Source: Longimicrobiales bacterium
GTDB lineage: Bacteria > Gemmatimonadota > Gemmatimonadetes > Longimicrobiales > Gaopeijiaceae
DNA length: 64,000 nucleotides
NCBI GenBank assembly: GCA_965219445.1
Contig: CBDCNQ010000002.1
Span: 704,001 to 768,000, forward strand
Reading direction: 5' to 3'
Shown: positions 38,334 through 47,894 of the stretch, piece after piece
How positions within the stretch are numbered: the first letter of the stretch is position 1
Layout of the letters: every line of letters starts with the position of its first letter
Made by a program: the position numbers and the translations under genes
The notes under the pieces: generated by a model
What the model was told of the DNA's origin: nothing
Database searches by the model: none
What the model saw: only the letters and a program-made list of their open reading frames with translations

Positions 38334-39677
38334 CTACGGAAGCTCCAGTCCGAGCCCCCTCAATGCGTCCCCTACCGTATGGGCCGAGCCGGTCACGACG
38401 ATCGTGCCCGAGCCCGCGAGTTCACGAGCCCGATCGAGAGCGTCGTCGAAGTCCGTGTGGATCTCCGCGATCTCCGACCCAGTTTCCGTCGCTGCCACGT
38501 GGGGGTCCCATCTGCGCGCCAACGGCGCGGAGGGTGCTTGAGTGAGGACTGCGTGGTCCACTCTCTCGAACAGAGGCGGCAGCATCTCACCCCAGTCCTT
38601 GTCGCCAAGCACAGCGGTAAGAACCACGATCGGACGCTGAAGCTCCAGCCGCACCAATACCGAGGCGAGCGCCACGGCACCGGCCGTATTGTGGGCGATG
38701 TCGAACACCCACGTCCTTCCTTCGAGGTGCTCCACTTGGACTCGGCCGGGCCAGTGCACCAGCGATATCCCCTCTTCGAGCGCGGCTCGGTCGGGGCGGA
38801 AGCGCCGCGGCATTCGCTCAAGCAGCGCCACGGCCAACGCCCCATTCACGGCCTGATGCTCACCGAGTAGTGGCGTCTGGATCTGGAGTCCACCCCACTC
38901 TGCCGTCGACACGTCGAAGGACGTGTAATCCTCCCTAATGTCGACCGACATCTCTTCGAGGTCGGACCGGACGTAAATAAACGGGGCCCCCAGGGATTCG
39001 CACGTGGCGGAGAGCACGGCCCGAATACGGTCGTCCGGCTCAGCCGTGAGCAGGGGCACACCACTCTTGATGATGCCCGCTTTTTCCGAGGCGATCTCGC
39101 TCAGAGTCGAGCCAAGATAATCACAGTGATCCAGATCCACGTTGGTGATCGCGGTGAGGAACGGAGTCACCACATTGGTCGCATCGAGCCGGCCACCCAA
39201 CCCGACTTCGATGACGGACACATCGACCCCCCTTCTCTGAAACAGATGAAGGGCGAGGCCTGTCGCAACCTCGAAAAACGTCAGGGAGTGACGCCTGATT
39301 TCCGGATCGAGTTCCCGAACCAAAGCGCGAATCTCATCCTCATCGACCGGATCCCCACTGATCTGAAACCGTTCCCGAAAGAAGCAGAGGTGAGGTGACG
39401 TGTAGAGCCCGGTCCTGTGGCCCGCGCGGTTCAACACCGATGCGACGGTCGAAGCAACCGACCCCTTCCCATTGGTCCCCCCGACGTGTACACAGGGAAT
39501 CCCGATGTGGGGATCCCCCGTGTCGCGAAGAAAGGCCTCCATCCGGGCTAGACCCCACTGGATGCCATGCGGTACGTGCGGGAAGAGCTCGTCCAGCAGC
39601 GGATCCCCGGACACCTTGGTCAACGGATGGGGCCGCTGGCCCGATAAGGACCCAGGGGTCCATTCAGGACCCGCCAT
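38334..39677 (-). CDS. folC: Folylpolyglutamate synthase/dihydrofolate synthase
   Basis: HVGGTNGKGS, YTSPHL, EVGLGGRLDATN, WPGR, DIAHN, GDKD. Confidence 0.95.
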   Translation of the reverse strand: MAGPEWTPGSLSGQRPHPLTKVSGDPLLDELFPHVPHGIQWGLARMEAFLRDTGDPHIGIPCVHVGGTNGKGSVASTVASVLNRAGHRTGLYTSPHLCFFRERFQISGDPVDEDEIRALVRELDPEIRRHSLTFFEVATGLALHLFQRRGVDVSVIEVGLGGRLDATNVVTPFLTAITNVDLDHCDYLGSTLSEIASEKAGIIKSGVPLLTAEPDDRIRAVLSATCESLGAPFIYVRSDLEEMSVDIREDYTSFDVSTAEWGGLQIQTPLLGEHQAVNGALAVALLERMPRRFRPDRAALEEGISLVHWPGRVQVEHLEGRTWVFDIAHNTAGAVALASVLVRLELQRPIVVLTAVLGDKDWGEMLPPLFERVDHAVLTQAPSAPLARRWDPHVAATETGSEIAEIHTDFDDALDRARELAGSGTIVVTGSAHTVGDALRGLGLELP

Positions 39678-40516
39678 CAGGCGATCATATGGCGGAGAAG
39701 CACTCCAAGCGTCGTCCTCAACTCCCTTCGGTCCACCACACGATCGATCATCCCGTGCTGGAGCAGGAACTCCGAGCGCTGGAAGCTGTCAGGTAGCTCT
39801 TGGCGGATCGTCTCCGAGATCACGCGTGGACCCGCGAAACCAATCAGGGCGCCGGGCTCAGCGAGGTTGATGTCTCCAAGCATCGCGTGGGAGGCCGTGA
39901 CTCCCCCCGTGGTCGGATCAGTGATGACCGAGATGTAAGGCAAGCGCGCTTCGTGCAGGCGGGCGAGAGCGGTCGATGTCTTCGCCAATTGCATCAGCGA
40001 GTAGATGCCCTCCTGCATACGCGCGCCGCCGGAGGCGCTCACGACGCACAGTGGCTCCTTCCGCTCCACCGCGGTCCGTCCGGCGCGGGCGATCTTCTCC
40101 CCGACGGCGGAGCCCATCGACCCACCGACGAAGCGAAAGTCCAGCACCGCGAACGTCAGGCCAACGCCCTCGAGTGTGCCGGTGCCCGCGAGGACCGCGC
40201 TCTTCCGGCCCACTTTCGCCTCGGCCTCCTTCAGTCGTGCCGTGTATGGCTTGAGGTCCTGAAACCCGAGTGGATCCTCACTGTGCAAATCCTCGTCGAT
40301 TTCCTCGAAGGAGCCCTCGTCGAGCAGAATCTCCACATACCGCTCGGGGGACAGCCGAAAATGATGCCCGCAGCTAGGACACACCTGGAGATTCTGAGCG
40401 AGCTTCTCAGCGTACAAGATTTCGCCACAGCCCTGGCACTTGTCGAAGACATCGGGCGGCAGATCTCGCCGATCCTGCGCCTTGAGGGGCTGTTTGTCCT
40501 TACGAAACCAAGCCAT
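39677..40516 (-). CDS. accD: Acetyl-CoA carboxylase carboxyltransferase beta subunit
   Basis: Zn ribbon CQGC..CPSC, GGSMGS, SGGARMQEG, PTTGGVTAS, GFAGPRVI. Confidence 0.96.
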   Translation of the reverse strand: MAWFRKDKQPLKAQDRRDLPPDVFDKCQGCGEILYAEKLAQNLQVCPSCGHHFRLSPERYVEILLDEGSFEEIDEDLHSEDPLGFQDLKPYTARLKEAEAKVGRKSAVLAGTGTLEGVGLTFAVLDFRFVGGSMGSAVGEKIARAGRTAVERKEPLCVVSASGGARMQEGIYSLMQLAKTSTALARLHEARLPYISVITDPTTGGVTASHAMLGDINLAEPGALIGFAGPRVISETIRQELPDSFQRSEFLLQHGMIDRVVDRRELRTTLGVLLRHMIA

Positions 40517-41755
40517 CTAATCCTCGCCGGCGAGTCTCACCGCCACGGCCACGGTGACCCAGGACATCAGGAGGAAAGTCCCGCCGTAACTGACGAAAGG
40601 AAGGGGAATACCGGTGACCGGAACCATGCCGACCGTCATGCCGATATTGACGAAAATGTGCACGAGCCAGGCTCCGAAGATACCGAAGGTCACGAGGCCT
40701 GCAAACGGATCGGATTCTCCCTCGGCCATCTTCACGAGCCGATAGAGGATGAACGCGAACAGGATCAGAGTGAGGACCGTCCCCATGTACCCCAGCTCCT
40801 CCCCGATGACGGAAAAAATGAAGTCCGTGTGTTGCTCAGGGAGAAAATCGAAGCGCTTCTGTGTCCCCGCCGTAAACCCTTTTCCGGTCGGTCCGCCACT
40901 ACCGATAGCCACCATCGACTGGACGACGTGGTAGCCAGCACCCCGCGGATCGACGCTCGGATCGAGAAACACCAGAATGCGATTCTGTTGATACTCGGCC
41001 AACGAATTCCAGAGCGGTGTGGAGATCGTGCCCGCCCCCAGATTCGCGAGAACGACCGAAAGCGATTCCACCAGGAAGAGACGGTTTCGGTAGAGGTACA
41101 AGGCCCCGACCAGGATCACGAAGAATGCCGCCCAGATTCGAGGATCGAAGCTGAGCACCAGGCCGATGCCCGGGGTGAGCAGCAATGCCATCAAACCGAT
41201 CGGCGTCCCGGCCCAAAACAGAGTCGCGAACAGAATTCCCACGAAGGCGAGAGCCGTGCCGAGATCGGGTTGCAGGATGACGAGCACGAGCGGTGCTCCC
41301 ACGATGGCGGCGGGAGCCACGAGGCCCCGGAGCGTCGTAGGATCTTCCGAGCGAGTCCCCAGATACCTCGCCAAAGCGAGGATGGTCGCGAGCTTGGCGA
41401 ATTCGGAGGGCTGAAAACGTATGAAGCCGAAATCGATGAAGCTCCTGACTCCCACGGCCGTTCCGGACCCAGTCCCGACGATGAGCGTGATCACGAGTAG
41501 CAGTACGCTCACGACGTATGCGGGCGTCGCAACCCACTCGAACCAACGGGCATGGATCTGGTGGATGATGAAGAACGAGACCAGCGCGATGGCCGCCCAT
41601 TGAGCCTGACGAATCCAGGCGCCCTCGGTGATCGGGCTCGGGATGTTCAGGACGCCCGCCGAATAGACCATGGCAACGCCGAAGGCCGTCATCAGGAGGA
41701 CACCGAGAAACAGGGCCGGATCGCCCACCCAGTGCTTGAAAAGGTTACCGATCAT
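40517..41755 (-). CDS. rodA: SEDS peptidoglycan glycosyltransferase RodA
   Basis: FQPSEFAK, QPDLGT, AIGSGG, PEQHTDFIF, PVTGIPLPFVSYGG. Confidence 0.95.
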   Translation of the reverse strand: MIGNLFKHWVGDPALFLGVLLMTAFGVAMVYSAGVLNIPSPITEGAWIRQAQWAAIALVSFFIIHQIHARWFEWVATPAYVVSVLLLVITLIVGTGSGTAVGVRSFIDFGFIRFQPSEFAKLATILALARYLGTRSEDPTTLRGLVAPAAIVGAPLVLVILQPDLGTALAFVGILFATLFWAGTPIGLMALLLTPGIGLVLSFDPRIWAAFFVILVGALYLYRNRLFLVESLSVVLANLGAGTISTPLWNSLAEYQQNRILVFLDPSVDPRGAGYHVVQSMVAIGSGGPTGKGFTAGTQKRFDFLPEQHTDFIFSVIGEELGYMGTVLTLILFAFILYRLVKMAEGESDPFAGLVTFGIFGAWLVHIFVNIGMTVGMVPVTGIPLPFVSYGGTFLLMSWVTVAVAVRLAGED

Positions 41756-41779
41756 CGAAAGACGGTCCGCCCCAAAGGG

Positions 41780-43609
41780 TCACCGAGCCCAGGGAGCAGG
41801 GCGCCCCATGTTGTAGTGCTCCCCGAGTGTCTGGATCGTGTCGATGGGAAGCCCATACTTGCGCCGCAGGTAAAAGTCCGCTGTCTTCGCCATGAGAGGC
41901 GCCGCAATGCCCGACCCGCTTTCCCCGAACTCCACGAGCGCCACCACGACGATTTCCGGCTCACCGTCCCACGGGCCGGCCATGCCGGCGAACCAGGCGT
42001 GAGCGCGTACGGTATCTTGGGCGTTCTGACTGGTTCCGGTCTTGCCGAGAACCTCCCAGTGTTCGAGAGCCGTCCCGAAGTACGCCGTCCCTCCCGGAGA
42101 CGTGACCCCACGCAAGCCCTCTCGAAGCACCTCGATACTTTCGGTCGACACGTTGAGGCGCCAACCCTCGTTCGGGTCGGGATCCTCGATCAGGTGTGGC
42201 GTCGGCGCCGAGCCATCCCTGGCCAACGCGAGATAGAACTGTGCCATCTTGAGCGGTGTCTGAGAGTTGGGGCCCTGCCCGATGGCCAGACTCAGGACCT
42301 CACCCTCCAGCGGATCGTACCCGAATGCACGCTGCCAGAAATCCCTCCCCTCCGGAAAGATGCCGCTGCTTTCGTCCGGGAGATCAATGCCGCACTGCTC
42401 GGCAAAGCCGACCCGAGTGCCCTCCTCGAGCATCCCGTCCAGCCCGACCTTGAGGCCGAGTTGATAGAAGTAGACGTTGCACGAGTTGGCTATCGCCCCG
42501 GCTAAACCCAGATAGCCGTGACCCTCAGCGAGCCAGCACCCGCGGTAAAGGCCGCCATAGACCAGTCCCCCGGTGCAGGGCTCCGGCATTTGGTCGAGGG
42601 GACCCACCACACCCCGTTCGAGTGCGATAGCCGCAGCCGCCAGCTTCCACGTCGAGCCGGGCGGATAGAGTCCCATCACCGCCCGATTGAACAACGGCTT
42701 CCGCGGATCCGATTCGAGTACGGCCCATTCCTCCGGGGTCAACCCGCTCACGAACGCGTTCGGATCGAAGGTGGGAGCCGAGTACAACGCGAGCACCCCG
42801 CCGTCCGCCGGGTCCAGAGCGACCACAGCCCCCGCGAGCGAGTCCGGGAAGATTCTGTGAATCCACTCCATCAACTCCAGATCGATGGTGAGCCGAATAT
42901 CTTCTCCGGGCTCACCGGGGTCTTCCTCGATGCCTTGGAGCGACCCCACGATACGGCCCAAAGCATCGACCTCCAGGTACCGCACGCCCCGGCGCCCCTG
43001 GAGTCGCTCCTCATACTGGCGCTCGACTCCCACTTTGCCGATCAAGAGGCCGGGCTCGTATTCTAAGAAGCGAGGCTCGGCGAGTTCTTCAGCCGTGATC
43101 TCGTTGACGTAGCCCAAAACGTGAGACACGGCGTTCCCCGCGTAATAGCGCCGCTTCGGCCTCGTCTCGATGACGATACCGGGGAAGTCTTCGCGCCTCT
43201 CCTCGAGGACGGAGACCGCCTCGAAATCCGCATCGATCTCGACAACGAGCGGCTCCCATCTCCGATACTGCTCCATCAGAATCTCGATCCGCTCGTCCGA
43301 AAGTCCGAGATGGGGCCTGAGCCGCTCCAAGGTCTGGCGGGTCGATTCACGGGACTCCCGGAGAACGTAGATGACGTATCCCGGAACGTTGTCCGCAATG
43401 ACCCGGTCGTTGCGATCGAAAATAGTTCCGCGAGGCGCGGCAACCGGGAGAGGTCGAAGTCGATTCGACTCCGACTGGAGCATATAGTCGTTCGATTGAA
43501 GCATCTGGACACGGAAGAACTGGAGGGCTAACGCCCCGAGGACGATCGCTATGATCCCAAGCGCACCCCTGGCCCGCCGGCGTCTGTTGTGCGGATGTAC
43601 TATTCTCAT
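41780..43609 (-). CDS. mrdA: Penicillin-binding protein 2
   Basis: APRGTIFDRN, PPGSTWK (SxxK), SCN, KTGTSQ. Confidence 0.95.
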   Translation of the reverse strand: MRIVHPHNRRRRARGALGIIAIVLGALALQFFRVQMLQSNDYMLQSESNRLRPLPVAAPRGTIFDRNDRVIADNVPGYVIYVLRESRESTRQTLERLRPHLGLSDERIEILMEQYRRWEPLVVEIDADFEAVSVLEERREDFPGIVIETRPKRRYYAGNAVSHVLGYVNEITAEELAEPRFLEYEPGLLIGKVGVERQYEERLQGRRGVRYLEVDALGRIVGSLQGIEEDPGEPGEDIRLTIDLELMEWIHRIFPDSLAGAVVALDPADGGVLALYSAPTFDPNAFVSGLTPEEWAVLESDPRKPLFNRAVMGLYPPGSTWKLAAAAIALERGVVGPLDQMPEPCTGGLVYGGLYRGCWLAEGHGYLGLAGAIANSCNVYFYQLGLKVGLDGMLEEGTRVGFAEQCGIDLPDESSGIFPEGRDFWQRAFGYDPLEGEVLSLAIGQGPNSQTPLKMAQFYLALARDGSAPTPHLIEDPDPNEGWRLNVSTESIEVLREGLRGVTSPGGTAYFGTALEHWEVLGKTGTSQNAQDTVRAHAWFAGMAGPWDGEPEIVVVALVEFGESGSGIAAPLMAKTADFYLRRKYGLPIDTIQTLGEHYNMGRPAPWAR

Positions 43610-44088
43610 CGAACCGTCTCCCAGCCCGGGCCACTGATCGCGATCACAACCAGCCCGACCACACCCGCGTACGCAGCCGAGATCGGTGATTGAATCAGCA
43701 TTGTATCAACAAAGGATTCTCTCAAACCCTCCCCTACCGCAACCCAGTGGAGAAAATCCCTCGTCCACTTGCCCAGGACCAGGTACGATGTCAGGAAGAG
43801 GAGGGAATCGCCAACGAACAGATCCCTCGTTCGCGCGCCGCCCATGCCCACGAGGGTCATCGCAAACGTATTGGCACCGAACGCCAGGAGGGAGAAGGCA
43901 TCATCGAGAAGCCCCAAGAGGAAGCCGAGCCCGGCACCCCACCCGATTTCCACCTCCCTCGCCGCAATGAGGAGGGCCACTACGAGGAGATCCGGCGCGC
44001 TCTCACCGAGACCCAAGCTCAAGTGGAGACCGAAATGCACGAGGATCAGGAAGCCCACGACGCCCCAGATGCGCGCTGGGGGTCTCAC
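43606..44088 (-). CDS. mreD: Rod shape-determining protein MreD
   Basis: Multi-TM protein with PDLLVV and GFLLGLLDD; GTG44088 overlaps the mreC stop. Confidence 0.85.
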   Translation of the reverse strand: MRPPARIWGVVGFLILVHFGLHLSLGLGESAPDLLVVALLIAAREVEIGWGAGLGFLLGLLDDAFSLLAFGANTFAMTLVGMGGARTRDLFVGDSLLFLTSYLVLGKWTRDFLHWVAVGEGLRESFVDTMLIQSPISAAYAGVVGLVVIAISGPGWETVR

Positions 44089-45014
44089 CGACGTGTTCTG
44101 GCTTCCGTGTCGGGTGTGCCCGAGGCAGGCTCCTCGGGCAGCGTCGGGGAGCCTGGGACCACGGGGCCGCCTTCCAACCACGAGTTCGTATCCCGGAACT
44201 CACCCTCCACCGACACCAGCACGTTGACGTGTGTGGCCTCCCCAGGCGACACGAACGGCCGTAACCAGTATGATCTTTGCCAACCCTCCTGTGCCGCGGA
44301 TTCCTCGATCACCACGCCGATCGGAATCCCGCGGGGATAGACGCCCCCCAAACCACTCGTGACCAGGTCCACCCCCCGCGCCAATGCCTGGCGGAATGGA
44401 ACGCCGTTCAGAAGCAGTCGATCGGCCTCACGAAAACGCCCAGGAGCCGCCTGGACCATCCCATAGATGGACCCATCCACCGTCATCGCGCTGACTCGGA
44501 ACTGAGGGTGCGTCCAGTCCATGGCGGTCGCGCGGGTGGCATGAGCCTCACGCACCACACCGAGGAGTCCCCGGCCCATGATCACGGGAGAGTCCCTCGT
44601 CACCCCCAGGCGAGTTCCCACGTCGAGCATGAACATACTCTCCGAACCCGGCGTGCCGGACCTGATGACGCTGGCAGCCACATACTGAGCCGGATTTCGG
44701 TTCGACAGATTGAGAAGGCGCCGTAGCCTGCCGTTCTCCTCAGACAGTGTGCTGCTGTTCGCGATCACAGCCTCCAGGGAGTCCAGCCGCTGCTGAAGGA
44801 TCTCCGTGTCCTCCGCGTGGATGCTCCTCCGGACCAATCCTTCCTGGGCGAGGATGAAGGGGCGAAGCACGCTGCCACGCAGAACCGAGGCTACTTCATC
44901 TTGGGAGGGATCGGGGAGGTAGAGGGCGATCACGGAAAACACGAAAAATCCGAAGGCGATTAAGCTACTTCGGGTCTTTCCGGATCCGTTGGTATCACTC
45001 TTGTAGTTGGGCAT
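44085..45014 (-). CDS. mreC: Rod shape-determining protein MreC
   Basis: TM helix plus coiled coil ENGRLRRLL, LVTSGLGGVYPRGIPIG. Confidence 0.92.
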   Translation of the reverse strand: MPNYKSDTNGSGKTRSSLIAFGFFVFSVIALYLPDPSQDEVASVLRGSVLRPFILAQEGLVRRSIHAEDTEILQQRLDSLEAVIANSSTLSEENGRLRRLLNLSNRNPAQYVAASVIRSGTPGSESMFMLDVGTRLGVTRDSPVIMGRGLLGVVREAHATRATAMDWTHPQFRVSAMTVDGSIYGMVQAAPGRFREADRLLLNGVPFRQALARGVDLVTSGLGGVYPRGIPIGVVIEESAAQEGWQRSYWLRPFVSPGEATHVNVLVSVEGEFRDTNSWLEGGPVVPGSPTLPEEPASGTPDTEARTRR

Positions 45015-45027
45015 AGTCCCGCCGGCC

Positions 45028-46110
45028 CTACGTGTTCATCACCGTACGATACTTTTGGAGGTCATCGAGAATTCGGCCGACACCCCGCACCACACAGCTG
45101 AGAGGCTCCTCGTCCACATGGATCGGCAAGTTCGTCTCGTGTTGCAGGAGCCGATCCATACCGCGTATGAGGGCACCGCCACCCGTCATCACAATGCCAC
45201 GATCCACAATGTCACTGGCGAGCTCGGGCGGCGTGATCTCAAGAGCACGCCGCACGGCTTCGACCACTGCCTGGATCGGTTCCTGGATGCACTCTCGGAT
45301 TCCCTGCGAATGAACGTGTACAGTTTTGGGAATACCACTCACCAGATCCCGGCCCTTCACGTCCATTTCCCGCTCATCCCCCACTTCGAAAGCGGAGCCG
45401 ATTTGAATCTTGATGGCCTCCGCCGTCGGTTCCCCGATCAGGAGGTTGTAGTTCTTGCGAAGGAAGGTCACGATCGCGGAATCGAACTCGTCGCCACCCA
45501 CGCGGATCGACGTGTTGGACACGATGCCGGCTAGGGCGATAATCGCGATCTCTGTGGTCCCACCACCAATGTCGATCACCATGTTGCCCGTAGGAGTCTC
45601 GACAGGAAGACCCACACCGATGGCGGCAGCCATAGGCTCCGCGACCATGTAGACAGCCTTGGCGCCCGCAGACATGGCGCTCGAGCGGACCGCACGCCGC
45701 TCCAATTCCGTGATCCCGGACGGCACCCCGACGATAACCCGAGGCTTGATACGGAAGACCCTCTTCGCCGTAACCTGCTTGAGAAAGTGGCGGAGCATCA
45801 ATTCGGTGATATCGACATCCGCGATCACACCATACTTGAGCGGCCGTACCGCTTCGATCGCCTCCGGTGTGCGCCCTAACATACGCTTGGCCTCGAGGCC
45901 AATCGCCATGATCCGGCCTGTCCCCTTTTCGATGGCAACCACCGAGGGCTCGTTGAGGACGATCCCTTCGCCCTTTACGTACACCAAGGTATTGGCTGTC
46001 CCAAGATCCACCGCGATGTCGTTTACCGGGATCAGCCGTCCCGCTTCCAACCACTGGGCGAAGTTCAAATGTTGAAAATCCTTAGGGTGGCCGCTGCCTG
46101 CAGGCGTCAT
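45028..46110 (-). CDS. mreB: Rod shape-determining actin MreB
   Basis: DLGTANT, EPSVVA, EPMAAAIG, DIGGGTTE, TGGGAL. Start may be ~46068. Confidence 0.96.
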   Translation of the reverse strand: MTPAGSGHPKDFQHLNFAQWLEAGRLIPVNDIAVDLGTANTLVYVKGEGIVLNEPSVVAIEKGTGRIMAIGLEAKRMLGRTPEAIEAVRPLKYGVIADVDITELMLRHFLKQVTAKRVFRIKPRVIVGVPSGITELERRAVRSSAMSAGAKAVYMVAEPMAAAIGVGLPVETPTGNMVIDIGGGTTEIAIIALAGIVSNTSIRVGGDEFDSAIVTFLRKNYNLLIGEPTAEAIKIQIGSAFEVGDEREMDVKGRDLVSGIPKTVHVHSQGIRECIQEPIQAVVEAVRRALEITPPELASDIVDRGIVMTGGGALIRGMDRLLQHETNLPIHVDEEPLSCVVRGVGRILDDLQKYRTVMNT

Positions 46111-46214
46111 ACCGCTATCGTGCAGATATCATACCGCCATTCCTCAAGATGCCTAGAAGAGATTTTACGTCAAGGAATTGTGAAAGCGTCAGTTGTGCGG
46201 TCCGCGCCATATGT

Positions 46215-46655
46215 TCACTCGATTCCTGTACTTCCGAAGCCATCTTCGCCCCGCGCCGTGATACCCAGTTCCAAGGCCTCGATCACCTCAGGGACAGAAA
46301 ATCGCTGAAAAACCAGCTGCGCGATCCGATCGCCCCGGGTGAAGGTGACGGGCTCAGTGCCGCTGTTCTGAAGAATGATTCGGAGTTCGCCCCGGTAGTC
46401 CGGATCGATGGTCCCGGGACTGTTCGGGAGTGTGACACCATGACGTAAAGCGAGGCCGGATCGAGGCCGTACCTGACACTCCATGCCCTCGGGGAGTTCC
46501 ATCTCGAGCCCGGTTGAGACCAAGCGAATTTCCTGCGGAGCGAGGACGAAGGCTTCCGCCGACCGGACATCGTATCCGGCCGCATGCGGTGTGGCTCGAG
46601 AGGGTAGCGGCAGATCCGGATTCGCTGGAAGCCGCTTGAAGCGGACGATCAGCAT
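46215..46655 (-). CDS. dut: Trimeric dUTPase
   Basis: [36 protein letters not shown]. Confidence 0.96.
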   Translation of the reverse strand: MLIVRFKRLPANPDLPLPSRATPHAAGYDVRSAEAFVLAPQEIRLVSTGLEMELPEGMECQVRPRSGLALRHGVTLPNSPGTIDPDYRGELRIILQNSGTEPVTFTRGDRIAQLVFQRFSVPEVIEALELGITARGEDGFGSTGIE

Positions 46656-46656
46656 A

Positions 46657-47877
46657 TCACGCAGGTCCCAGGGTCAGGGTAAATTGGTCCTCGGGGTTGT
46701 AAAACCGCTGACAGGCTTCGCGCACTTCGTCCTGCGTCACCGCGTCGATCCGGGCGAGAGACTCGTCCAGGTCCCGATAGGGCTCCCCTCGCAGCGTAAA
46801 GCCTACCAAGCGAAGTAGTCTCGCCCCCGTCGACTCCATCGCCAGGATCGAGCGGCCCTTCGCGTGGCTCTTGGCCTGTTCGAGCTCCCCATCCGTGATC
46901 CCGTGCTCGCACAACTTGGCGTATTCACCCAGAATCGCCTCCAACGCTTCATCGGAGGCCTCCGGCCTGGTTCCCACGTACACACCCGCCAATCCGGCTT
47001 TGCTATAGAAGGACTGGAACGAATAGACGGAATACGCGAGGGCCAGTTCCTCGCGAATCCGTTGGAACAGCCGGGAACTCATCCCGCCGCCGAAGGCTCC
47101 GGAGATCAAGATGAGTGCGTTCCGGATCGGATCGCCATAGGACGGCGTCAGATTGCCGATCACGACGTGGGCCTGTGCCGCATCTCTGACAACCGAAATT
47201 CGGCCCGACTTCGTCGCCATGGGTTGAGCGATCCCCGGTGAAGCACTTCCCAGATCCACGTCACCAAAAAGCTCGGCGAACCGGCTCGCCACCTCTTCAT
47301 GTTCGATATTCCCCACGCATCCCAGAACGATGTTCCTTCCCCGGTAACGCTCGGCGTGGAGTGAGCGAAGGTCGTCGATGTGGAACGCTCGCACGGTCGC
47401 GCGCGTGCCGAGGATCGGTCGCCCATAGGTATGGCCGTTCCAGAATTCTGCACCATGGAGATCAAAGATCAGGTCGTCGGGCGTGTCCTCGACCCCGGCG
47501 ATTTCCTCGATCACGACGTCCTTTTCGAGCTCCAAGTCGGCGGGGTCCAAGCGCGGACTGAGAACCAGGTCCGCAAGGACATCGAGCGCCACAGATAAGT
47601 GCTCATCGAGCACATGGGCTTGATAGCTCGTGAACTCACGAGTCGTGTACGCATCGAGGTTCCCACCGAGCGATTCCAGGGAGAGCGCGATCTCATGGGC
47701 ACTCCGGTGCTCCGTGCCCTTGAATACGAGGTGCTCCATCAGATGGCTCACCCCGGCCGATTCGGGCGTTTCATGGGCTGAGCCCTGTTCGACCCAAACA
47801 CCCACGGCGGCCGATCGTACGTCAGGCCTCCGCTCGGTTACGAAGCGTATGCCGTTGTCGAGCAATGCTTCACGCAT
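46657..47877 (-). CDS. M16 (pitrilysin) family zinc peptidase
   Basis: HLMEH inverted zincin motif, [24 protein letters not shown]. Confidence 0.93.
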   Translation of the reverse strand: MREALLDNGIRFVTERRPDVRSAAVGVWVEQGSAHETPESAGVSHLMEHLVFKGTEHRSAHEIALSLESLGGNLDAYTTREFTSYQAHVLDEHLSVALDVLADLVLSPRLDPADLELEKDVVIEEIAGVEDTPDDLIFDLHGAEFWNGHTYGRPILGTRATVRAFHIDDLRSLHAERYRGRNIVLGCVGNIEHEEVASRFAELFGDVDLGSASPGIAQPMATKSGRISVVRDAAQAHVVIGNLTPSYGDPIRNALILISGAFGGGMSSRLFQRIREELALAYSVYSFQSFYSKAGLAGVYVGTRPEASDEALEAILGEYAKLCEHGITDGELEQAKSHAKGRSILAMESTGARLLRLVGFTLRGEPYRDLDESLARIDAVTQDEVREACQRFYNPEDQFTLTLGPA

Positions 47878-47894
47878 TTCGGCCCCGCCGGGCT

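Noticed and set aside
39800..41500. 566-aa plus-strand ORF
   Set aside because: Antisense shadow of accD/rodA; no recognisable domain.
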